Shown in pieces: positions 24,901 through 36,116 of a DNA stretch of 64,000 nt. Under the pieces are notes generated by a model. It was not told the DNA's origin, did not search any database, and was given only the letters and a program-made list of their open reading frames with translations. Location of the stretch: NCBI GenBank assembly GCA_030248215.1, contig JASANG010000621.1, positions 124,001 through 188,000 of the forward strand. The letters run 5' to 3'. Source of the DNA: Enoplolaimus lenunculus. Its lineage: Eukaryota. A program made the position numbers and the translations under genes. The first letter of the stretch is position 1. Every line of letters starts with the position of its first letter.

Positions 24901-27900
24901 ACAGAACTACATGTTCATATTTGACATAAATTATATTCCAAACGGAAGTTTTTTGAGTATATATTCAAAAAGGTCTGATGTTTTCCGACCGATAAATCCT
25001 TCGTTTACTGACAACTGTATCTATTTTAATATAGCTTGATCGCTCACAGTACGTAATTTGTGCATTGTTTAAACTTACTGTTTCTACATTCTAGCCAAAC
25101 TTTGCCGAATATTATGTTTTCAAATGCTCCGTATAAGTCGGGCGACCGCCGCAAGCGGCGGACCAGAAAATTTCGATAAACAAGTTTTTCAAAATCATCA
25201 AATTGGCATGTAAGTTTTAAGTAGTCCTTAATTAACATCCTGTCAGATTTATGTTAATTTCCACGCTGTAGTTGTTCTGTCTGTCCTGAACAACAATTGC
25301 CGGTTGAAACGTCCGGTTCAGTTTCCCAGTGAAGCAAATTGGTGTTCAGGACACAGCGCAACTTGCTACGCAGTATATTTTGCTACGAGTAAACGAAGAA
25401 CATGGTGCGAGAGCAGTTATTTATGAATTCGCATCTTGCTGCTTGCTTAGACCTCAGCAACGGCAGAGCAAAATACGCGGCGTAACAGTTTGTCCTACGA
25501 CATATAAACTACTTCGTAAGCATCAACACACAAAATAAATTGTCTTAAAACTTCAAGACTCTTACGTTCTTAGATTTTCAAGGCATAAATCTCTTGTATT
25601 TCAGACATTAATAGCCTTAAACACCTCAAAAATTCGTTTCTTAAATGGTTAAAACAAATGTCTGTATATTCAAGAAATTACTATTGCCAATTTATAAGAC
25701 ATAAATTTCTTCCTTTCAAGAAATAGTTGTCTTTTATTAAAGAATTAATTTTCCGATTTTATGTATGTAAAAAAGTTGCTCCGTTTACATTCTTAAAAGG
25801 ATATATAAACAATCCAATTTCAAAGATATTTCGGGCTGAGCTCAACCTTCCCGAACCTTAAAGCTTACGTCTATGGACGTATCTTAGGTTATAACATTAG
25901 GGTATTGGGTTGAACTTTACTTCCCACATTTGGAGTCAGTTTCCATGGCATATCTCTGTTTAATTTCAGACATATTTGTCTTGTATTTCAGAAATATTTT
26001 TAATCGTTTATAAAACAAAGCTTAAATTAAAGACATTTAAGTGTCAAAAGTTTTAGACGAAATATAAGTGTTGAATTCAAGACATATATGTCTGGAGTCT
26101 GTATCAAGACATTATTGTCTTAAATTTCAGACAATATTTCTTGAATACAAGACAATTTATTTTGTGTGTACTGTTTGTGTTTGTGGAATACTTATATGCA
26201 CTCGAAAAAATAATTTGTTTACCACAGACGGATCCAAAACGGGGCTGCCCTGGCCTATGCCCTGACCAACAGGTATGAATCCAATATTTTATATGAAGGT
26301 TTAGCACTAAAATGGCTTTTGGCTTCTCCTGGCTTCGCTTTACTGTTTTCCTCTATTATATCGCTCGGGTCCCCGGGATATCCTGGATCCGTCACTGTAG
26401 CTTACCCAATCATAAATGAAAAGTTGGAGGAACGACAGGCGAAATTTGTCGAGTTCAAGGAACATCGCCCGCATAACACTTGAATGAGTGACGCGTTTTT
26501 GTTCGAAACAACGCAAAAACACAGATTGAATCCAACAAATTGGCACAACCCAACCGCCGTGCGGGTCAAATTTTACTTCCATCGTACGATATATCGCATA
26601 CTCCTCTGGTGTCATAAGGCCTGCCTGCAACGTGTTTTTCTTGTCATTTTGTCTTCGTACATTTTTTATTTATGTGATTGTTTACCTGTTTGTTTGTTTG
26701 TATATATGTTTGTTTGTATATTTGTTTGTTTGGTTGGTTGTCTTTTTGGTTTTTGTTTCAGGTTTGCTTTTGTACTTCGTGGCATATTTTATTTGATATA
26801 ATATCTTTTTCCTGTTTGAACCAGAGGTGAAAAATATAGTATATATATATAAACAATGCCTCAGCCGAAAGTGGATTTTCTGCCAAGACCCAACATCAAA
26901 TAAGGGGCACACCTTTGCTTGCACCCGGCTATATTTATATTTTTAATAGTACAAATACGGCAAATTCGGTAATACTGGACCCTTCTTTAGTCAGAAATGA
27001 AGTGTTACCGGAGTGCCGCTATTTCCTAAAAATTTTGAACTAAAAGTGTGTTTTATTTGTGTCTGAACTTCTATTTCAGCAAAATCGTGTATTCATAAAT
27101 AGTGAACTCTTCACTTATTAAATTTCCATTTGGACTGTTGTTGTTTCGTAACCAGGATAAATAAGGTATTGTTTTACACTTGTGTTAAATTCATTGAAAT
27201 GTTGCAAATTTAGCAAAGTACTGTATTGACCCGAATAAGAGGGTTGGGGGGCTGATATTTATTTGGCCTCTCCAGAGGGTACCCTTTTGTTATTCGGTTA
27301 CGGACTGTTATTTATTTTTAAGTCACGCTCCGCCGCCTTTCGTTACTGATATATATCCGGTACTGCAACTATCCGTAGATTAAACGCATATTTGTCTCGT
27401 TTCAATAGTTTGAGCGATAATAAAAGGTTATACTTAGGAATGTAAAGTTTCTAACTCAAAGTATTTGGTTCTAGAGTCATTTATGTGCTACAATTAGGGT
27501 TAATGGACATTTGTGGACTCTAATTAGGGTTTAGGGACTCTATCCGCTTACGGACTCTTATTAGGGATACGGACTCCATTGATTCGGACCCAAAATGGGG
27601 ACCCCCTCTTATTACCCCTCTTATTCAGGTCAATACAGTACACTTCTTGGCTCGTGTATACACTTTCCCTCACATTTTAGATTAATGCTTAGGCTTACAT
27701 CTAGGCAAAGACTGCGGCTTCAAGGCATAAGTACTTAAACCTTTTACTCAATTTAACACGAACAAATCCCAAGTGTACGCCTAAGCGTGTGGGAAAAATA
27801 TAGAGCCTACTTCTTTTTGCAGTTTGCAATCCAAATTGAAACCCCATGAACAACGCAGAAAATTCAAAACTTCTAAAAGTTTTATGAAAATATTCTCAAA

Positions 27901-29150
27901 GAACAGCCGATACTCCAACGTAAAAAAGGATCCATGCGGAAATTTGTACAAACAGTATCTCCATACGTATTTACTTTTCGAAATTTAAAATAAAAATAGG
28001 CAGTTTATATTTTTTTATTTCAGCTTAATAATCATTTCAATACATTACTGATGCAAAACTTTTGAATATAAAATTTTCAACTTGGTTGATAATTCAGCGC
28101 AGTTGAAAAGTTGAAAAATTTTTGTTTTAAAATTTGGCGCAGGGGAGCTACAATGACATCCATACTGAACATAATTGAGGAAACGGTACAACAATCGCAG
28201 TGTCAATAATGAAAAATCACCATTATTTAAGTACATCTAATACGCATACACACACTGTATAACTGTGTAGTTTTTCAATCGATAGAATTGATAGGTTTAA
28301 ATGAATATACGTATAGCAATTACCTGTAATACATGTCACCACATCGCACAATATTTTTGCAAAAATAAACGAACCTGATTTCAGTAGTATATATTATAGT
28401 AAAAACATTTTGTTCTAAAATATTCACTAAATAAAACGGTTGTAATTTATATCCGTTTCAAACATGGCAAATCCTAATTTGAAAAACTTTATATGTAAGT
28501 AGATATACGCAGTTTAAGGTTTCTAGTCGCTCCCGCAAATACAGAGCGTGTTGCAAATCTTGCGCTTTACAAACTGATAGCCACTATCACTACTACACGC
28601 AGCTGAGAATACGACTATAGATATCAAGCGAAATAGAAAATATTCATGTCAAAAACATGTCAAAAAGGTTTAAAAACAAAAAAATGCGACCACTTACCGT
28701 GACCAAATGTTCTTCAGTTGGAAATCGTTTGAGAACGCGTTGAGATAATGTACGCCACGCAAGGACACATGTGCACAACGAATACCGGGCAATAGTTCTT
28801 CGAATGGTCCTTGCATCTTCTTGACGGCCGCGAATATACGAACTAACACAAAGCATTAAACCATCTGGAAACGCAATATATTGAAATTGTTCCCACCATC
28901 GTTTGACGACCATTCCAACGTAAAATCCGAGCAGAAACGGAAGAGGAATTTGTTTTGTATACTCGTTGAATAGCATTGATATTTTTGAAAAATCTTCCCG
29001 TTGTTTAGTGGTCATTAATAGTTGATACCAGATATTTATACCATAATAAACCAATAGAAATATCAGAAGATCTTTGTAAATAGTTTTCCATAGGCTGCCT
29101 TTCCAGCGAAGCAGAAGCGCTGAAAAGCGATCAGAGTACGATATAGTCAT
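18579..29150 (-). CDS. best: Bestrophin family Ca2+-activated anion channel, multi-exon with alternative exons
   Basis: Exon 1 29150-28698 ([36 protein letters not shown]). Exon 2a 26624-26406 or 2b 23330-23112. Exon 3 20234-20016 ([26 protein letters not shown]). Exon 4 19530-19431 ([13 protein letters not shown]a2+ clasp). Last exon 19053-18971 or 18928-18579. All junctions are GT-AG with compatible phases. Confidence 0.95.
18971..19053 (-). CDS. best: Bestrophin alternative short last exon 5a (or pseudo-exon)
   Basis: attcag acceptor, phase 1: [27 protein letters not shown]; paralogous to the start of 5b. Confidence 0.55.
19431..19530 (-). CDS. best: Bestrophin exon 4 (acidic Ca2+-clasp)
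   Basis: [25 protein letters not shown]; donor gtaaac, phase 1. Confidence 0.9.
20016..20234 (-). CDS. best: Bestrophin exon 3
   Basis: tttcag|[10 protein letters not shown]...VGWLK|gtatt. Confidence 0.92.
21570..23110 (-). repeat. Array of decayed copies of the exon-2 3' end/donor junction
   Basis: Recurrent motifs atgtgttttgt..cccgccc..cactcctgtaa..tcttc..gaaggaaatt. Minus-strand remnants read FLQYFIREC|gtgaag (about 21790-21822) and [12 protein letters not shown]|gcaag (about 21975-22015). The array is interrupted by the 22048-22975 MITE. Confidence 0.65.
22048..22975. mobile_element. hAT-type MITE (probably with nested fragments)
   Basis: TIR caggggcgtagcc / ggctacgcccatg; TSD gtgttttg / gtattttg (7/8). 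Confidence 0.8.
23112..23330 (-). CDS. best: Bestrophin alternative exon 2b (73 aa)
   Basis: ttacag|AGLMTADEY...FLQLFIYEW|gtaaga; 219 nt, phase 0-0; 42/73 aa identical to 2a by manual count. Confidence 0.9.
24629..24682 (-). promoter_or_regulatory. Intronic inverted element complementary to the 3' splice sites of bestrophin exons 2a and 2b (putative splicing-regulatory RNA stem arm)
   Basis: 24629-24649 is the exact reverse complement of 23316-23336 (21 nt). 24632-24648 is the exact reverse complement of 26611-26627 (17 nt; 20 bp with one G-U pair). Confidence 0.7.
25527..26168 (+). mobile_element. About 640-bp non-autonomous DNA transposon with CACAC-starting TIRs
   Basis: TIR cacacaaaataaattgtctt / aagacaatttattttgtgtg; inverted copy at about 34638-35250 and a diverged copy at about 55640-56101. 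Confidence 0.8.
26223..26397. mobile_element. Small hAT-like MITE inserted at the exon 2a donor
   Basis: Ends cacagacggatcc / ggatccgtcactg; imperfect 8-bp TSD ttgtttac / tagcttac (6/8) overlapping the donor. Confidence 0.55.
26406..26624 (-). CDS. best: Bestrophin alternative exon 2a (73 aa)
   Basis: ttgcag|AGLMTPEEY...FLQLFIYDW|gtaagc; 219 nt, phase 0-0. Confidence 0.9.
27221..27638 (+). mobile_element. Tc1/mariner-type MITE (TA target)
   Basis: TA|ctgtattgacccgaataagagggg ... cccctcttattcaggtcaatacag|TA; further copies at 41079, 43788 and 59492. Confidence 0.85.
28698..29150 (-). CDS. best: Bestrophin exon 1 (151 codons)
   Basis: ATG at 29150; donor gtaagt after EEHLVT; contains the RWKGS, neck helix (IPLPFLLGF) and RFP motifs. 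Confidence 0.93.
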
Positions 29151-32100
29151 GCTCACAGCAGCTAAACCAGCGAAGGCGCAGGCGACCACAAATGCACCAA
29201 GAAAATTAAGCGATAAATTAGAATTGCGAACACAATCAGACAATAGAATTACATTAACCTGTCCAGCTTCAGTTAAATAACGAATGAAATTACGGCAAGC
29301 ACTTGGGATGAAATCGGATTGGTCAGTTTCAACGCTGGACAAAGCTTTATTATCCAATATTACTTGACGATATTGCGGTAACGCTGCCGTGATAAAATGT
29401 TGTGTTTTAGCGAATGGAATATAGCAAATAATCGCAACGAAATGGCAATTGGCCCGTGACACAAAAATATCGACATTCACAGATATAAAGTGAACGAATG
29501 AAAAACAAGTCAATTGCAAAAAGTAATTTCACACTTGACGTAAAATGTTAAGAGAGTTTTCTCGTTTCTAGCATTTATTGTACATTTCAGATTGAAGTTT
29601 GTGGTTACAGATTACAGGATACCTCACGAGCAACTAATTTGTCGTAAAATCGCGACGGTTTACTGTATAAATTTACTTTAAAATTTAATATTTTTAAATT
29701 CAATCAACTGTTTTATCTGAAACTATATATAAGGTGGTCACAAATTTGAGCCAAAGCTGCTCACAAATTTGAGCCAAAGTTACCAATATGTAAAGATCTT
29801 TTCTCCACAATGAATCTTAAGATGGAACATTTTTTCAACATACTTGAAAAATTTGCCTTATAACTCATAAAATTGCATTTAAAATATAGGTATGTTGAAA
29901 AAACGTCTGCCGAATGTTTGTATTTTACTCAAAATGATATTTTGCAACCATCCAAAAAGTTGGACAGTGATTTATTACTACAAATCTTTTGATTTTGAAA
30001 GAAAAATGAAAATTTTAATGCCCAGATTTCATTTTGTATTTAATATAGTAAACGCTCTCTTCCCGAAATTTTAAATGTGAAATATATGGGCGTAAAAGCG
30101 TTTTGGTATTTCATTATAGAGGTTCCATGCACTCTATGATTTGTCTGATGAGGCTGAAATTAACCATTAAACACATGAGCCGTCCGGTACAAAGCAGAAA
30201 TCAGAAGTTCGATTTCTCTCGGTTTGAGGTTTTTTATTTATAAGGCTAAAACAATTTTAATCAGCAGATTGATTTATAATCTAAAAACTTTATTCTTCGC
30301 CGATGTTTTTGGTTCACTGCTTGGTGTGATTGAGTTTAAAACGGTGCCGAATATAAGTATAAATGCGGTAAATTGCATAGAAATCAACATAATAATCTCT
30401 GAAGTGCTGTTAATTGTTTGAATCTTGTTGTAACAAAAGTAAAGCGAAACGCGCTAAAAAGATAAATTTTGCAAAATTATGGAAAATTATACTACCGAAA
30501 TTTCCGGAGCCTCCGGCAAAAATTCTACCGGAGCCACAACCAGAGCTGGAGGTTGATTTTCTGCCGCGGGATCCGGAGGCAGACCTCTGAATGTACCCTG
30601 CTAATTATGTAGCACAAACGTGCAAATGCGTATACGCTGGTACATGATATTTTGTGCATATATTCTGTATATATAGAGTGATGTTGAGTTGCGACACATG
30701 AAAATTACGCTACGGTTTTTACACTTTTAAGTCAACAGCTGAAATTTGTTGCAAAACACATTAATGTATGAAAAGATTACTATTCTATTAAACTTAGTGT
30801 ATTAGTACAACACTTTCTTTTTTGGTGTTTTTGTCACTTAAAATACCACCGAAAAACTGTTGTTTCATTTCGCTAGAGCACACATTGTTTAATATTTCTT
30901 TGCCAAAATTATCGTCGCCGAGTAACGCCATTTCAAGACAGACTCTTAAACCGTGGTTGAAAAAACATTTTGTATGTTTTATAATCAAATGGCGTCCATA
31001 GAACTGTCTCACTGTAAAACACAATCTTGCAACCAATTGATAAGAGCATCACATTCCTCATTCGGCACCCTTTCGGTTTTAATAAACAACACAGACCGTT
31101 GAGTAAATACCACTGTACTCACAGAACCCAAACTTGTTGATAAACAATCATATTTTAACCAGCATCTGACAAAATTTTCCTTTTCATTTTTTCATAAGTA
31201 GCATGTTTTAGCATCCTGTTTAATCTAACAACATTTTGAACTTGACCTGAAATCTCTACTTAAAAATTTCGCATTCAAATTCTAAGCACCCAGTGAATTT
31301 AAAAAATTCGCGTCATCTATTGCCGCCATAATATAGCTAATTAATGGATTACAAGTACAGCATATAAAAGTTAAGTTCACAGGAATATGAAACGCCAGAA
31401 CTACACGGGACAAATAATCAATATTTTACTTTTTACGTGCATAATGCATACGAAAATCAAAAACCGAGCGAAAAACCTAAAAAACTTATTCGATCAAGTG
31501 TTAAAGTAGAACATATTGTAAAATTTATACCCCTAACATTTAGCGTCTTGTATATGGAGACGGCCATCACACGCCGTTTCGAGAAGGCATATAGCGAATT
31601 ATTAGTGCAAAACAGTAAGAGTTAGATTATATTATATCTAGCGCTCCCTTGACATACACCTGAACCATAAGATAGAGCATCCTTGTTTGTACGGGTTGAA
31701 AAAAGTGCTTAATACATAAAAAGACGTCCGCAGTTTTAAACATTATGTTTTCAAAGCTTGTCTTCAAATATTAAATATAACAAGTGTTAAAAATACATTT
31801 TGTGCTGGAAAACATTACAATTTTTAAATTTTTGTTCGCCTCGCGCTACTCTCACGTTCCTGTCTTTCTGTATATGCCGTGTGTATACCTTTACAAATTC
31901 GACCCACAACATTCAAGGACCCCCGGTTCGTTCGAATATTGCACCATACACACATACAGATAATTTTACAGTTTACCGAGATGGTTTCTGTGATGTTTGT
32001 ATTTATTTTGTAAATATATATGCATATACATACTTTATTGTATACATGTTTGTATGTATAATATTTTTGGGCAAATGAGGTACTTACAGAAAACGATGAC

Positions 32101-33034
32101 AGATAGCAAAACAACTGCAAATAAATAGCTTTCATATCAAAGACTTGCTTCAATTATACAAGACAATCGCTCTCCGTTTGTTCTAGTTTGCCATATTGCA
32201 AGCACCCTCTGCCTCTCACCCACCTACTCTTTCGACTCTGTAAGTCTGCGTTCCAATGACAATAATAAATGAAAAAATTTGGTAATGAGAAGTGTCTTTA
32301 TGCAAAAGTTTGAGAACATTTTTAGGTTTGCAATAGGACAAATAGTCACAAGTGTTCAAAAAACGGGCAAAAATAGGGGCAAGCAGGTGAGCAAGAGAGA
32401 GAAAACGTACCTGTACTACGGTTCCGCCCCCTTTGTTTTGTGGGGAATGATAAAATTGGGGGTTATATTTTTGTCTACAATTAGGGACAACGCTCAAGTA
32501 TTCTATGTGCACTAGGGGTATCAATTTTATATGACAGCTTGACACTTGAAAAGTGACATTAGCATGTTGTAAAGATGTCATGTGTCAGTATTATAGGGCA
32601 GATTTATACGTTGATGACCAGAAACCGCGTGATATATTATAGTGAAACAAGCTGACGAGCAAAGCGACTGATAAGTTAGACGAAACTTACGTACTAAATT
32701 TAAGAGCAAAATTTTGGTTCTTATCCCTGTTTTAAGGGCAAGGTCTGGGGGGGGCGTTGAGGGCCGTGCTCCCCCAAATTTGGCTGATGCCCCCCAAATT
32801 GACTCGGTGTAAAAGTAAACAATCTTGAGTTGCGATTGTAGGAGCGCCCCAAAATTATTCAGTGCCCCCAAACATAATTTTCTGCATATGTCCCTGCCTG
32901 GATGCCCTATTGGATCCACCACTTGGAATTGGCAGTTGAGGCCTGCCTACAGTTAGATGTATAAAATTGTTCTATACTTGCAAACAGGTTCGGAAAAACC
33001 TTTATAAAATTATGTTTATTTTGACAAATAACAT

Positions 33035-33169
33035 GGCCCATGTATACCTACGCCTAAGCGTATGGATGAGTCTATTCCTAAGCCTAAGCAATACAATTAG
33101 TCTAAAGCTTAAACTGAGTCTACTATAGCCCCTCCGGAAAGCGATCCGGCCCTGTTCTATACATGGGCC
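33035..33169 (+). mobile_element. Internally deleted telomeric-repeat MITE copy
   Basis: ggcccatgtata...tatacatgggcc; TSD aataacat / aataactt; internal gcctaa units. Confidence 0.8.
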
Positions 33170-34637
33170 AATAACTTGCCTGCCGAAAACAATAAGAAAT
33201 TGGTTTTCTCACGCCTCTTATCCCGACCGAGTTTCACTTAAAAGTTTGACTTGCGCTGATTTACTTGATGCTATAAATACCTGTTCGATTGGATATACCA
33301 GACGTATTTGCTGCTGGTTTTCATTGTACCCGTCATCGAGCTAAATTGAACGCAGTCTTAAATTCTGTTGCTTCAACTGAAACTAAGGCATATTTCAACT
33401 CACGATCTTTTTGGTGCTGAATCCTACTTCGATGATTTTAAAATGATTGCTTTATGCTTATATCTTGATTTTGTGGTTTTTGCTTATCCAGTATTTCCAG
33501 CTGTGTAACGCGTTAGTTTTGGACAACTGAACAACGATACTACAAATCCTGTTTGCAGTTTTTTGTTAAATCAAAAAGACCACCAGATTATGGCCAACTA
33601 GCTGGCAGACGCTGTTTTTTAGATATCTTACACCCTTTCACTGTGTAGCCTACGCTAATCTGTGTTATGTGAATATATATATACATATATATATTTAGTA
33701 ACGTAATCAAGTGATTCTCAGTATTATTTTGAAACCAGATTTAAAATCTAAATAACGTCTTTGCATTTGTTAAGAGCGACTAGACGTTTTTCTTTTCGAT
33801 TCAATTTTTTCAGATGAACCAGCCCTGCCGGCAAGCAAGGCGCGGAAAATTTGAAAGAAATCTCATTCCTGCTGTATATAATTATAGGTTTCATGTCGTA
33901 TTCTCAATAGTAGCGTGTACACAAAATACTGCTATTAGTTTTTACTGCGATTTAACTATGGTTAAACTTTAGCTTAACGTAGCTTTTCACCAAAAAATAC
34001 TGAATCCATCAACAACGCGTTAATAACCTCCGATCCACATTTCAAGGTTTGCAGCTATCATTATGTGGTTTTGCGTTTAGAAGTTTAAAAAATTTAAATC
34101 AATTAATAAATTACAAAAAAGCGCATTGATAAAAATCAATTGATAAACGAACTTAAAACAATGTTTTTGCGACTTAAATTACAATTTCACGACAGAAAGC
34201 TCTCGGGAGCGCCTCATTTATCTGGCTTCAGGCCGTCGACTAACCCGGTGGCTGCGCTGCAAATAGCATCGTTTCCAATATATATTTGTGTTTTGCCCAT
34301 CAGTGTTAAAAATTGGCAATTAATATACACAAACTGATTATACAAGCAACAAAATGTTGAAGATCTTGAAGAAGTTTTCATAATCCCAATATTTGCATCC
34401 GGCTGAAATTGTTGTGCAATTAAAAGCCAGAGTTCAGCAACATTGATATGGATAAAGTACAAGCTTATTGACTATAAGGCTAAAAATCAGTACCGGACCC
34501 TAAGAAGGGTACAAACGGTTGTGGATGGATGTGTGTTTACTCCACTTTAAGATTTGATTTTGGCTATCGCAATAAAATCGGTGAAGTTATGCGCAGTTAG
34601 ACTGTAACGCAGCATTTCTTAATTTTTGGTTAAATTA

Positions 34638-35250
34638 CACACAAAAAATTGTTTGTATTCAAGAAATATTGCCTGAAATTTAAGACAATTTGTCTTGATA
34701 CAGACTCCAGTCACATATGTCTTGAATCCATGACTTTTATATGTTAAATTTCAGAAATCTTCAGTTAAATGTCTTAAATTTAAGACTTTGTTTTATGAAC
34801 GATTAGGAAACATATTTGTGAAATATAAGACATACATTTCTGAAATAAAACACGGAGATATGCTATGGAAACGACTCCAAAATTGGGTTCTAAAGCTCAA
34901 CCCAACACCCTAATTTTACAACCTAAGAATGCGTCCAAGACGTAAACTTAAGTTGGTGGTAGCCTGAGCTCAACCCGAATTATCTTTGAAATTCGATTAT
35001 TTAAATACCCTTTTAAGAATATAAACAGAACAACTTTTTTACATAGATAAAGATCAAAAAATTAATTCTTGAATGAAAGACAACTATTAAAAAAATTTAT
35101 GTCTTAGAAATTGGCAATAGGAGTTTCTGGAATATAAGACATTTATGTTTTAACCATTTAAGAAATGAATTTCTGAGATGTTTAAGACTATTAATGTGTG
35201 AAATACAAGATATTTATGTCTTGAAAATTTATGAAAGTAGGAGTCGTGAG
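34638..35250 (-). mobile_element. Inverted copy of the 25527-26168 element
   Basis: Collinear reverse-complement similarity (e.g. gatacagactccag / ctggagtctgtatc; gagctcaacc / ggctgagctc region). Confidence 0.8.
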
Positions 35251-36116
35251 ATTAAACATGCAGTAAATTTTGCCACTATAAAGATTAAAGCACCGAACGT
35301 TTGCTAAACCATTTACAAAAATGCTATTTGCACATTCAAATTAAAATCTTACAATAAAACATCGCAATGTTTACCAAAATTCGCATATACGCATCCAGAA
35401 TATACTATATTTGTCCGTAAAAACCCACTTGACACAACGGTTCACGTAACGTTTTATCCTTGTCAAACCTGTAAGTGGTACCAGGAAGGGAGGGGGGAGA
35501 CTCCGAAAATTTAATGGGGTTTCACAATAAAAACCGAACAAACTCGCATATTCTCTGGAACTTGTAAGCTGTGCTTTCCGATTGACGTCAGACAATCTTA
35601 TACCTATAACGTTTGTATTTATTTTTAATTATTCTTTTTGCATTCATTGTTTGTTTTCAATATGTTGTTTTACTTATTTTTCGCATTTTATTATTTAGTT
35701 ATTTCCTATATCTGTTGTGTTGTATATATTGTATATAAAGTTATATACGGCCCATATATATACACATATATATGTAAATATATATATATACATATATGTA
35801 CATATATAATGTATGTATTTTTGTTTCATTTGTTTTTCGAATCTTAAGTTGATACAGTTGTTAAGAAGACTTGAAGGTGTATTTTGTGCGCAGGTGCTAG
35901 CGGACAGAAAATAATAAATATATTTTCACTGGCGGCGCAGCCAAAATTTTTACCCTGTATCTTCTGCAAGGAAGCAAAGCGATCCCTATGGTGCAGCTGT
36001 TCTCGAACCGAATTATGACCTTTTAGTTCGTACACGATAAGGTATTAAAACAAAAGTTTTTGAAGTGGAGACTGAGGGACCAGCCCAAGGTCTATTTGGC
36101 TACCAGTCATTATCAC

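Noticed and set aside
23112..26624. Two separate bestrophin genes, or an assembly duplication
   Set aside because: Only one exon 1, exon 3 and exon 4 exist, and 2a/2b are about 42% divergent with unrelated flanking insertions, which is inconsistent with a haplotype or assembly artefact.
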